Shown here: in pieces, positions 8,259 through 16,463 of the stretch | Layout of the letters: each line of letters begins with the position of its first letter | How positions within the stretch are numbered: the stretch's first letter is position 1 | Assembly: GCA_016699145.1 (NCBI GenBank) | Contig: CP064962.1 | Location: 150,001-182,000, forward strand | Reading direction: 5' to 3' | DNA length: 32,000 bases | From: Candidatus Saccharimonadota bacterium | GTDB taxonomy: Bacteria > Patescibacteriota > Gracilibacteria > UBA1369 > 2-02-FULL-48-14 | Notes under the pieces: model-generated | What the model saw: only the letters and a program-made list of their open reading frames with translations | Told to the model about the DNA's origin: nothing | The model's database searches: none | Position numbers and translations under genes: made by a program

Positions 8259-9448
8259 AGCAGCTACGAACTCGTTACATAGAATGGTTTTTAAGAAATC
8301 GAAAGGAATACCTCAAAGCAGCCAATCTCTCAGACGACTTCACCTGGCACTACGCTAAAAGTGGAGTGGATTTAACCGCTCCAGCGGAAGAGGCCAAACG
8401 TTTTCTTGCAGAAATAAAAGCAAGCCAAACAACCGCTTCCTTACGCGCTTTAAGCGAAGCAACGAACAGACCCGCTGGGGTAGAAACACCTCAAGCTAAA
8501 ATCAACCGATTGAGGAGCATGGCCACTAGTTCAGACTCCTACATGCGCAGCGCAATTGAAGAACGGGAAAATATGGTTCGACGCGGCATTCGAGGACCCG
8601 AGTTAGATGCGTTCGACACTCAAGTTCGAGAACACCTAAAAACCTCAGGCATAGAAGCAGAAACATTACTCGATGAACTCAGCAAAGAAACGCTTTCTCA
8701 TGAAGAAAAGGTCGCACTCAATGCAATCGTCCGTAAAGAATTGAGTACCAGCCTAGGAATTAAAGCAGTAGCCAAAGAAGTGAAAGGCCGCGGAATCATG
8801 TCCGTCGTCATCGGAACAGGCTATCTAGTTTATGAAACATATAAAGCGAATGAAGCGGGAAAAGACATGATCATCGACGGTGAACTCACCGCATTAGGAG
8901 AACAAATGGGTTGGACAACGCTCGAAACCATCATCAACGTGCTATGCCCATTTGGACTCACAGACTTTTATAGTGCAGCCATGGCAGAAGAAATTTTAAC
9001 AGATAGAAAATTAAGTGGCTGGGAACGTGCACTTCGTCTTGGAATGGGAACCTACAGTGCCTTTACAGATACAGTCGGCGTACTCGCTGCTATTGCCAGC
9101 AGTCCCGCCGCAGGAACGGCCGGAGCAGGAGTCTACGCCAGCGCCAATGCCGTAGAAGCAGCCGTGCGTCTCAGTCTTCGTGGCCTTGGAGCCAGCGATG
9201 ATCTCATCGAAACAGGCACACGACTCGTCCCTCGTTTAACAGAACTCGCACGTAAAGTAGGAGGTTATCGACAGTTGCTCGAACGCATGCAAAAAGTTGC
9301 TAGGGGAACCGGATACGCAATGGCAGGAGCAACAGCAGCATTCATGGGCTATACGGTAATGTACGACACTCGTGATGCAAAAGAAATTGAATTTGCGTCT
9401 ATTGAAATGCCAGAAATCCCAACAGAGGAGCCAAAGGCCGCTGCCTAG
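8207..9448 (+). CDS. Uncharacterised membrane-associated protein, part 2
   Basis: 413-aa ORF in the -1 frame relative to 6633..8258. That frame is open from 8153. Gly/Ala-rich hydrophobic segments (VLAAIASSPAAGTAGAGVYASANAV, GTGYAMAGATAAFMGY). No family recognised. Confidence 0.55.
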   Translation: MEGIKSRVKSTLLPENVKQLRTRYIEWFLRNRKEYLKAANLSDDFTWHYAKSGVDLTAPAEEAKRFLAEIKASQTTASLRALSEATNRPAGVETPQAKINRLRSMATSSDSYMRSAIEERENMVRRGIRGPELDAFDTQVREHLKTSGIEAETLLDELSKETLSHEEKVALNAIVRKELSTSLGIKAVAKEVKGRGIMSVVIGTGYLVYETYKANEAGKDMIIDGELTALGEQMGWTTLETIINVLCPFGLTDFYSAAMAEEILTDRKLSGWERALRLGMGTYSAFTDTVGVLAAIASSPAAGTAGAGVYASANAVEAAVRLSLRGLGASDDLIETGTRLVPRLTELARKVGGYRQLLERMQKVARGTGYAMAGATAAFMGYTVMYDTRDAKEIEFASIEMPEIPTEEPKAAA

Positions 9449-9527
9449 GGCAGGGAGGGAAAGGTGGTAACAACTTGGAAAGAAGCCTAACTAATTCTGC
9501 ACAATGTATCTTGTGTAAAGTTAATCT

Positions 9528-9752
9528 TCAGCTTTCCAAACCCAATTCCTCCAGAACTTCCTCTTCATCATAGCTATCCATCAACCTCACCAATTCTACA
9601 AGTCTTTGCCTCCTTTCTTCAATAATCCTCACCATTCGCAATCGGTGTCGTATCCAAGACAATTCAACTAGTTTTCCATCATCTGGCTCGATTGAATCAC
9701 TCTGAACCGTTTGAACATCATAACTCGCGATATCTAAGACTCTTCTAATCAT
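9528..9752 (-). CDS. Small acidic hypothetical protein
   Basis: 74-aa ORF immediately downstream of recG on the same strand. Helical and acidic C-terminus (DSYDEEEVLEELGLES). No family recognised. Confidence 0.35.
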   Translation of the reverse strand: MIRRVLDIASYDVQTVQSDSIEPDDGKLVELSWIRHRLRMVRIIEERRQRLVELVRLMDSYDEEEVLEELGLES

Positions 9753-9799
9753 AGGGCCACAAACTTGCGTTTATACGCGTTATTTTTTGAAAGACGGCT

Positions 9800-11845
9800 T
9801 TAAGCCTGGTCTGTGATTTCCATTTGCGCCTCTGCTTTGGCCACTTTTTCGGCAAGCACTGGGTATCCGATCAAATTTGGATCTTCGTCGACAAGGCGCT
9901 GAGCGCATGCACGAACGCGATCTAAAAGTTCTTTGTCGCCGAACGTTGCCATTTTAAGGTCCGGGATTCCACTTTGCTTCACGCCGTAGATTTCTCCAGG
10001 ACCACGAACTTCGAGGTCTTTTTCGGCCAAATCGAAACCAGAATTGAATTCTACCATATATTTCAAACGACGCAAGGCTTCGTCCGAGCCTGAATCTGTA
10101 AATAAGAAACAATAGGACTGATGTGCACCTCGCCCGACTCTCCCCCGAAACTGATGGAGCTGTGCGAGACCAAATCGATCCGCGCCTTCAATCATCATAA
10201 TGGTCGCATTCGGCACGTCGATGCCCACTTCAATCACCGAAGTCGAAACGAGGATGTCGATGTCACCAACAGCAAAGTTTTGCATCACTTCCGCCTTTTC
10301 ATCGCCCTTCATGCGGCCATGCAAGAGGGCCAACCGATGGTTCGGGAAAACCTCAGTGCGCAATCGGTCGAATTCCAAAGTCGCAGCCTTCACTTGCACC
10401 GCTTCCGACTCCTCAATCAACGGACAAACCACAAAAACCTGGCGCCCCTTCGCCACTTGATCCGAAACCCAAAATTCCGCGTCACTGCGTTTATGCTCGG
10501 GCACGAGCCGCGTCACAATCGGTGTACGTCCTGGCGGCAGTTCATCCAAGATAGACAAGTCCTGATCACCATAAATAGTGAGCGCCATGGTGCGCGGGAT
10601 CGGGGTCGCCGATAAATTCAAAAGATGCGGAAACCCCTGAGCCTTGAGCTTGGCACGCTGCTTCACTCCAAAACGATGTTGTTCATCAATCACCACAAGG
10701 CCCAGTCGCGCGAATGAAACGCCTTCTTGAATGATCGCGTGGGTACCAATCACTAGATCGCAGGTGCCCGTCGCAAGTTGACGCACAGTGTCTTCATGCT
10801 CACTCGCACTCATCGAGCCCACGAGCAGTTGAATATTGAATCCAAAACGTGAAAGAAAGGTTGTCAAATTCTTAAAGTGCTGCTTAGCCAAAATTTCAGT
10901 CGGTGCCATCAGCACACACTGGTAACCACTCTTCACCATCGCAAAAATCGCTGCAGCCGCCACGGCCGTCTTACCACTACCCACGTCACCTTGAATCAGA
11001 CGTAGCATTGGAAAGTCGCGCTTCAGATCACCAAAAATTTCTTCAATGGTGCGCTTCTGTGCACTCGTGAGTTCAAAGGGTAACGCATCGAAAAAAGCCT
11101 GCATGTCAAGTTCGGGCGTCAGCAGTTTTTTGTCACCCGTGAAGCCCTCTTGCCACCTTTTTTTGCGGCGCAACGCCATGAATTGCAGCATGAAAAGTTC
11201 ATCAAACGCCAATCGCTCGCGCGCTTTATTCAAAAATTCTTCATCTTTGGCAAAATGCACATGGTAGATCGCATCCGAATAGCTCATCAGCCTCTGCCCG
11301 TCGAGCACCCAGTGCGGCAAATATTCATCGAAGAATTTTGCATACGGCAAGAGGCTATAAATCTTTTCCCGAAGCCATTTTGACGTGATTTCCTCACTCT
11401 CTGGATACACCGGCACAATGCGCCCAGTGTGCAAGAGCACCTTCGATGGTTTTTCGTACTTCGGACTCATCATCATGCTCCTCCCCTTCTCGAACTTGAT
11501 TTTACCTGTCAAAATAATGTCGCTTCCCTTAAAAAACAGTTGTTTGAGATGACGTTGATTGAACCACATCACCGGCAATTCGCCTGTGGAGTCCGCCACC
11601 ACCGCGCGTGTCACCACTCCCCCAGCCCTCGTCGGAATATTCACCATGGACTTGATCTTAACCTGAATCACATTCACCTCATCCGTGCGCATCTCATTGA
11701 TCCTCGTGAACTCCTGCTCATCGCGATACGCCCGCGGAAAATAGGTCAAAAGATCGCGCAATGTCTTGATGTCCATCTCCTTGAGTTTCAAGATGTAGGA
11801 ATCGCGGGTCTTTAAAAGTTTGGAATCGAGTCGGTGGTCGAGCAT
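9800..11845 (-). CDS. recG: ATP-dependent DNA helicase RecG
   Basis: 681-aa ORF with an N-terminal wedge/OB region, Walker A GDVGSGKTAVA, DEQH box VIDEQHRFG, and helicase C blocks HGRMK, LVSTSVIEVGIDVPNAT and QLHQFRGRVGRG. Confidence 0.95.
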   Translation of the reverse strand: MLDHRLDSKLLKTRDSYILKLKEMDIKTLRDLLTYFPRAYRDEQEFTRINEMRTDEVNVIQVKIKSMVNIPTRAGGVVTRAVVADSTGELPVMWFNQRHLKQLFFKGSDIILTGKIKFEKGRSMMMSPKYEKPSKVLLHTGRIVPVYPESEEITSKWLREKIYSLLPYAKFFDEYLPHWVLDGQRLMSYSDAIYHVHFAKDEEFLNKARERLAFDELFMLQFMALRRKKRWQEGFTGDKKLLTPELDMQAFFDALPFELTSAQKRTIEEIFGDLKRDFPMLRLIQGDVGSGKTAVAAAAIFAMVKSGYQCVLMAPTEILAKQHFKNLTTFLSRFGFNIQLLVGSMSASEHEDTVRQLATGTCDLVIGTHAIIQEGVSFARLGLVVIDEQHRFGVKQRAKLKAQGFPHLLNLSATPIPRTMALTIYGDQDLSILDELPPGRTPIVTRLVPEHKRSDAEFWVSDQVAKGRQVFVVCPLIEESEAVQVKAATLEFDRLRTEVFPNHRLALLHGRMKGDEKAEVMQNFAVGDIDILVSTSVIEVGIDVPNATIMMIEGADRFGLAQLHQFRGRVGRGAHQSYCFLFTDSGSDEALRRLKYMVEFNSGFDLAEKDLEVRGPGEIYGVKQSGIPDLKMATFGDKELLDRVRACAQRLVDEDPNLIGYPVLAEKVAKAEAQMEITDQA

Positions 11846-11858
11846 AGCTAGAGAATAG

Positions 11859-12699
11859 CTAAGCTTGGAGGAAATTTCTACGACGATCAGAAGATTCTTT
11901 GTTTTTCAAAAAGTTCACCTTCTTTGAAACTTTTTTGCCAGTTTTCAGCTCCAAAGCCTTTCGCGTGTCCCCAGCAATTTTTCCGCCCGCCTGCGCATCT
12001 TCCTTAAGAGGATCAAAGCCATGAGTATCTTTAACTTCAGTGATTTCTGTCGTTGCCCGCTCTCCGAGCATGGAAAAAATCAACTCTAAATCAGTCATCA
12101 GGATCTCGCAAATTTTCCCGTTTCAAACTTTTATATTTCTTATACTCATGGGGCGTCATCCCAAAAGTAGCTTTAGAAATTTCAGCCGACAAAATCGCGT
12201 AATCTTTCGCTTCTTTAGCGCCACGTTTGCTCCATTCGTCGGTCAGCTCTTCTCGAATCGCAATCCCACGCATTCGTTTTTCGATCCAACTCTCACTGTA
12301 GCCCTTGGCTTTATAAAGCTCATGCGTTCGTTTTGTCGCCAACTCAGGATCTTCGATCTCTTTAACCCGTTCATACCCCACTTTAGCGAGCCACAGCTTA
12401 AAAGGTTCCGCTTTAGGAGAAGGAATAGATTGAATAATACGAAAAATACCTTCGGTGTTAGCACAGTCGGTCATATATTTCTTACCATCAACAGATTCTA
12501 ATTTCAGTTGTCGACAAAATGTCGACAACTCAGCTCCATCCTCAGTCTCAACTCGAACTTTCATTCTATACCAATAATCTCTAGGGTTTTCACTTTCCGT
12601 AAGAGCAGCAATCACATCCACAACCGAAAACCACCATTCTTCTTCATAGAAAATCTTTCGAATCGTGCGGCCTTCAAAAATGGAAAGCATATTGGGCAT
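11859..12699 (-). pseudogene. Bro-N domain protein (phage/mobile-associated family), split by a 1-nt frameshift
   Basis: ORFs 12091..12699 and 11859..12098 together cover the whole family as I know it: WWFSVVDVIAALTE, IIQSIPSPKAEPFKLWLAKVG, KRENLRD|(H)MTDLELIF, GGKIAGDTRKALELKTGKKV. The junction on the minus strand reads CGA GAT CCT G ATG ACT, which has one extra nt between RD and MTD (about 12099-12103). Confidence 0.8.
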
Positions 12700-12829
12700 G
12701 GAATTTGGGGTAATCTTTGGACCTCGAATTTTCTCACAAAGAAAATCGCCATGCTAGAGATTTTGTTTCAGGTTTTTGTCAGGATTTTTATGAAAAACAA
12801 TACGCAACAAATTGTCACGGCCAGCTATA

Positions 12830-13115
12830 ATGAATTCCTTACTTTTCGAAGAATATAAAAAAACAGGAGAATCTTTGGCTAGGAAAGGTCTTATTAACAG
12901 TCAAGATTTTAATAAGTTAATAGAAATGATAAGCAAGAAAGGATATTTCCAATTCCTACAAAGATGATCATCTTTTTGACGGGATAAGTGCAGATTATTT
13001 GGTTTCAGAGGATCAAAAAGGCGTAGCTTGTGCAAAAATCATATCTGCACAAAAGAACTACAAGAAAATATTAACCGCGGCAGATTTTCTAAACATCCCT
13101 GTACCAAAAGCATAG
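12830..13115 (+). pseudogene. Possible decayed small gene: a 45-codon ORF plus a +1-frame continuation
   Basis: ATG 12830..TGA 12967 encodes MNSLLFEEYKKTGESLARKGLINSQDFNKLIEMISKKGYFQFLQR. The +1 frame, open from 12933 to TAG 13113-13115, reads protein-like (DDHLFDGISADYLVSEDQKGVACAKIISAQKNYKKILTAADFLNIPVPKA) but has no start codon. The segment is very AT-rich. No family recognised. Confidence 0.2.
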
Positions 13116-13128
13116 GGGTCGGGGTTTT

Positions 13129-13413
13129 CTAAACTCTCCAAGGAAGTCCAGGTTTGCCATTAGGATTTAGAACGGCATCTACCCTAGCTCGATTAGCTGC
13201 AAGCCATGTATCATAAATTGCTTGACGTGCTGGGCTGCAATGATCCAAAAACCCAGGCCGATCTAAACCTTGTTTGAATAGTAAAGCTAAATCCTCAACG
13301 CCAGACGGAACTTCAGATGCTCCTGTTTCTGCTGCTTGCAAGCCTCTGTCTAAAACCTCCAAAATTTCTGAGTCTTTCACGGAATCGCGTTCAAATACGT
13401 CTATAAGTGCCAT
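13129..13413 (-). CDS. Hypothetical protein
   Basis: 94-aa ORF with no recognisable motifs. It sits between tyrS and the AT-rich remnant. Confidence 0.4.
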   Translation of the reverse strand: MALIDVFERDSVKDSEILEVLDRGLQAAETGASEVPSGVEDLALLFKQGLDRPGFLDHCSPARQAIYDTWLAANRARVDAVLNPNGKPGLPWRV

Positions 13414-13487
13414 AAATGAGAGTTATGAAAGACCAACCGTAGCATATAAGTTTGCTTTCGCACAAATCAGCACATTGAAAATAAGGG

Positions 13488-14708
13488 CTAGTCTCCTCTC
13501 ACCCTCCTAAAATTCCTCTTCCCAACCTGCAAAAGCTGCGCCTCGCCCGTCAGTTCCACCTCCCTCTTCACATCCTCAACCTTCTCGCCTTCCCACTTCA
13601 CCCCCCCACCTTCTATCAACTGGCGCGCCTTGCTCTTCGTACCGGCAAGCCCAAGTTCAGAAATCAAATCCACAATGTTCCAAGCACCGTTTGCGCCAGA
13701 GCCAGCTCCTAAAGTCACCTCCTCAATTTCATCCGGAATTTCCTTCTTTTGATGCACGGTCTTGAAGTGCTCCTCCGCGCGCTTGGCCTCCTCTTCCCCT
13801 TTATAAAGCTTCACAAGTTCGTAACCGAGTTCCATCTTCAAATTGCGGGGGTTTTCACCATCCTTGAGACGCTTCGCAACGCCAGCCAAGTATGCTCCAT
13901 CCTTGCGTCCAGCGAGTTCAAAGTAGATCAGAATGAGATCGTCGGGGATGGACATGGTTTTTCCGTACATGTCTTCGGGCTTGTCGTCCACACCGATATA
14001 ATTGCCGGTGCTCTTTCCCATCTTCATGCTGCCATCCGTCCCCACCAAAATGGGCACCGTCAAAATGTTTTGAGGTTCTTGTCCATAAGCTTTTTGCAAA
14101 GTGCGACCTGCCAATAAATTGAAAGTTTGATCTGTTCCACCGAGTTCCACATCTGCCTTGAGAGCCACGGAGTCGTAACCCTGCATGAGCGGATACATGA
14201 ATTCATGCATGGAAATCGGCTGATCATTCTTAATGCGTTCCTGGAACATATCGCGCTCGAGCATCTGCGCCACCGTGAACTGAGAAGACAGTGTGATCAC
14301 ATCTGCAAAGTTGAGTGGCGCGAGCCATTCGGCATTCCAACGCACTTCCACCTTCGAAACATCCAAAACACTGGCTGCTTGCTTCATATAATCCTTGGCG
14401 TTTGCCTCCAATTCTTCCTGGGTGCGCATGGGACGAGTTTCATTCTTGCCCGTGGGGTCCCCGATGCGTCCCGTAAAATTTCCAAACAGCAAAATGATCT
14501 GGTGCCCTAGGTCTTGGAATTCCTTCAATTTATGCACCACCACCATGTGTCCAAGGTGCAGATCAAAACCCGTGGGATCGATGCCGAGCTTGATGCGCAG
14601 CTGCTTGCCACTCATCAGCTTCTTTTTGAGGTCTTCCTTCACAATCACATCCGCCACTCCCAGGTTCAAAACGCGGTCAATTGCCTTTTCATCGGTAATC
14701 ACTGCCAT
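13488..14708 (-). CDS. tyrS: Tyrosine--tRNA ligase
   Basis: HIGH motif (DLHLGHMVV), GNFTGRIGDPTGK, KMSKS variant KMGKSTGN, and a C-terminal S4-like domain (ARQLIEGGGVKWEGEKV). I place the start at ATG 14708 (MAVITDEK). The longer ORF to 14819 has a non-homologous hydrophobic extension and would overlap the rluD start. Confidence 0.92.
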   Translation of the reverse strand: MAVITDEKAIDRVLNLGVADVIVKEDLKKKLMSGKQLRIKLGIDPTGFDLHLGHMVVVHKLKEFQDLGHQIILLFGNFTGRIGDPTGKNETRPMRTQEELEANAKDYMKQAASVLDVSKVEVRWNAEWLAPLNFADVITLSSQFTVAQMLERDMFQERIKNDQPISMHEFMYPLMQGYDSVALKADVELGGTDQTFNLLAGRTLQKAYGQEPQNILTVPILVGTDGSMKMGKSTGNYIGVDDKPEDMYGKTMSIPDDLILIYFELAGRKDGAYLAGVAKRLKDGENPRNLKMELGYELVKLYKGEEEAKRAEEHFKTVHQKKEIPDEIEEVTLGAGSGANGAWNIVDLISELGLAGTKSKARQLIEGGGVKWEGEKVEDVKREVELTGEAQLLQVGKRNFRRVRGD

Positions 14709-14765
14709 AGTCTTAAAAAATGAAGTAAACTTGGATGCGATCAGAGTAACAAGCCCCACACTCAA

Positions 14766-15665
14766 ATGCAATTTGAAACCCAAGTCAACGCCGAACACAG
14801 CGGAAAACGCGTGGATCAATTTTTATCAGACGCCACAGGCCAGACACGTAGCGCCGTGCAGAAGCAAATTCTGGCTGGACGTGTGAAGATCAACGGCGTG
14901 AGTCCCCACAAAACCGGAGTAAAACTGGCCACCGGCGATACCGTACAAATGCCCCTCGCCGGACTCCCTCGTCCCAAACTTAAAAAGAGCAATCTCAAAC
15001 TCGAAATTCTGTTCGAAGACGAGAAAATGCTCGTGATCAATAAACCTGCGGGCATCGTCGTGCATCCCGACTCCACTGGCCACCACGAAAACACCATCGC
15101 CAATGCAATCCAAGCTCATCTCACCGGTAAGTTCGAAGGTTTTCGCCCTGGCATCGTTCACCGCCTGGACAAAGACACCTCCGGAGCCCTCATCATCGCC
15201 AAAACGCCCGAAAGCCTCCACCATCTCTCCCGTCTCTTCCAAAACCGCAAAGTTCACAAAAGCTACCTTGCCTTGGTGAAGGATTGCCCCAAAACCACTA
15301 GCGGAAAAATCAGTGCCCCGATTCAACGAGACTCCCATAAACGAAAGCAGATGGCCATGCATCGCCAAGGTAAAAATGCAGTGACCACTTTTGAAGTCCT
15401 CGAAAACTACGGCTGGTGCAGCCTCCTCAAGGTGAACATCGAGACGGGACGCACCCATCAAATTCGCCTCCACCTCGCTGGCATTGGTCACCCCGTACTT
15501 GGAGACACAACCTATGGAAACAAACCTGTAAACGCACGGGCCTTAAAAGAACTAGAGCTCAAGCGGCAATTCTTGCACGCAAAAAATTTGGAAATCGATG
15601 GCAAAACCTTTGACGCACCGCTGTCTCAAGATTTAAACTTGGCCCTTTCTCATTTTGGCGTATGA
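14766..15665 (+). CDS. rluD: RluA/RluD-family 23S rRNA pseudouridine synthase
   Basis: 299-aa ORF with an N-terminal S4 domain (RVDQFLSD...), the catalytic motif HRLDKDTSGALIIAKT, and GRTHQIRLHLA. Confidence 0.88.
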   Translation: MQFETQVNAEHSGKRVDQFLSDATGQTRSAVQKQILAGRVKINGVSPHKTGVKLATGDTVQMPLAGLPRPKLKKSNLKLEILFEDEKMLVINKPAGIVVHPDSTGHHENTIANAIQAHLTGKFEGFRPGIVHRLDKDTSGALIIAKTPESLHHLSRLFQNRKVHKSYLALVKDCPKTTSGKISAPIQRDSHKRKQMAMHRQGKNAVTTFEVLENYGWCSLLKVNIETGRTHQIRLHLAGIGHPVLGDTTYGNKPVNARALKELELKRQFLHAKNLEIDGKTFDAPLSQDLNLALSHFGV

Positions 15666-16462
15666 TCGACAAATCCAAACTCATTTCACTGCTACAGAAA
15701 TTGAACTTCTCTCGCAATGAAGCACTCGTTTATTTGACTTTGCTGGAACTCAACGAGGCAATTCCAAGCACCCTTGCCCAAAAAACCGGCCAAAAACGAC
15801 CCAACTGCTACATGATTTTAGAAAAATTACGCAGCCGAGGAGTGGTCACCAGCGTCAAAAAGAAAAACCTGATCCATTTCCAAGCCATAAAACCCGAATA
15901 TTTCCTTGAAAGAGAACGTAGCAAAACCCAAGAAATAGAAAAATCCCTCACTGATTTGGCAAGCGCCTTACCCGAACTGCTCAGCCTGCATCAAAGATAC
16001 ACGGCCACTCCGCAAATGTCCGTCTACTACGGAAAAGAGGGCCTCATTCAAGTGATGGAAGAAACCTTAAACACAAAAGAAGATTTGTTGTGTTGGGCCA
16101 ATGCAGATCAAGCCTTTTCAAGCCTAGAAGATTACTACCCTCGCTACATCAAGAAAAAAGTCACTCGAAAAATTTGGGTGAGAGGCATTTTTGCGATGAT
16201 GCTACCGGAAAAAATTCCAACAAAGAGGAAAAAAGAATTGCGTGAAATCTATTTAACCCCAAAAGACGAATTCCCTTTTAAAAACGAAATCAACATTTAT
16301 GACGACAAAGTCGCCATCATTTCTCATGAAGACCAAATCGGGGTCATCATTCAAAATCAACACATTGCAGACAGTCAAAAAGCGATCTTTAATTTTGTAT
16401 TTAAACAGGTGAAAAAACAGTATAAACCAAATATCAAGAAGACTTCAGTGAAGTCTTCTTGA
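15662..16462 (+). CDS. TrmB-family winged-HTH transcriptional regulator-like protein (paralogue 1)
   Basis: 266-aa ORF. The N-terminal FSRNEALVYLTLLELNEAIPSTLAQKTGQKRPNCYMILEKLRSRGVV is a typical TrmB-type wHTH. Its ATG overlaps the rluD stop (ATGA at 15662-15665). Confidence 0.65.
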   Translation: MIDKSKLISLLQKLNFSRNEALVYLTLLELNEAIPSTLAQKTGQKRPNCYMILEKLRSRGVVTSVKKKNLIHFQAIKPEYFLERERSKTQEIEKSLTDLASALPELLSLHQRYTATPQMSVYYGKEGLIQVMEETLNTKEDLLCWANADQAFSSLEDYYPRYIKKKVTRKIWVRGIFAMMLPEKIPTKRKKELREIYLTPKDEFPFKNEINIYDDKVAIISHEDQIGVIIQNQHIADSQKAIFNFVFKQVKKQYKPNIKKTSVKSS

Positions 16463-16463
16463 T
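16433..16463. terminator. Perfect 31-nt palindrome, probably a bidirectional hairpin terminator, embedded in both convergent gene ends
   Basis: ATCAAGAAGACTTCA-G-TGAAGTCTTCTTGAT. Both stop codons (TGA 16460-62 on +, TCA 16434-36 read on -) lie in the arms. T-rich runs follow on both strands. Confidence 0.5.

Noticed and set aside
12508-12858. A 116-aa + strand ORF
   Set aside because: It mostly overlaps the Bro-N gene in antisense, its product is low-complexity, and the Bro-N reading is strongly supported by family conservation.
14709-14819. A 37-codon N-terminal extension of tyrS that would overlap the rluD start
   Set aside because: The extension is hydrophobic and non-homologous. TyrRS homology begins right after ATG 14708, and using that start leaves a sensible 57-nt divergent promoter region.
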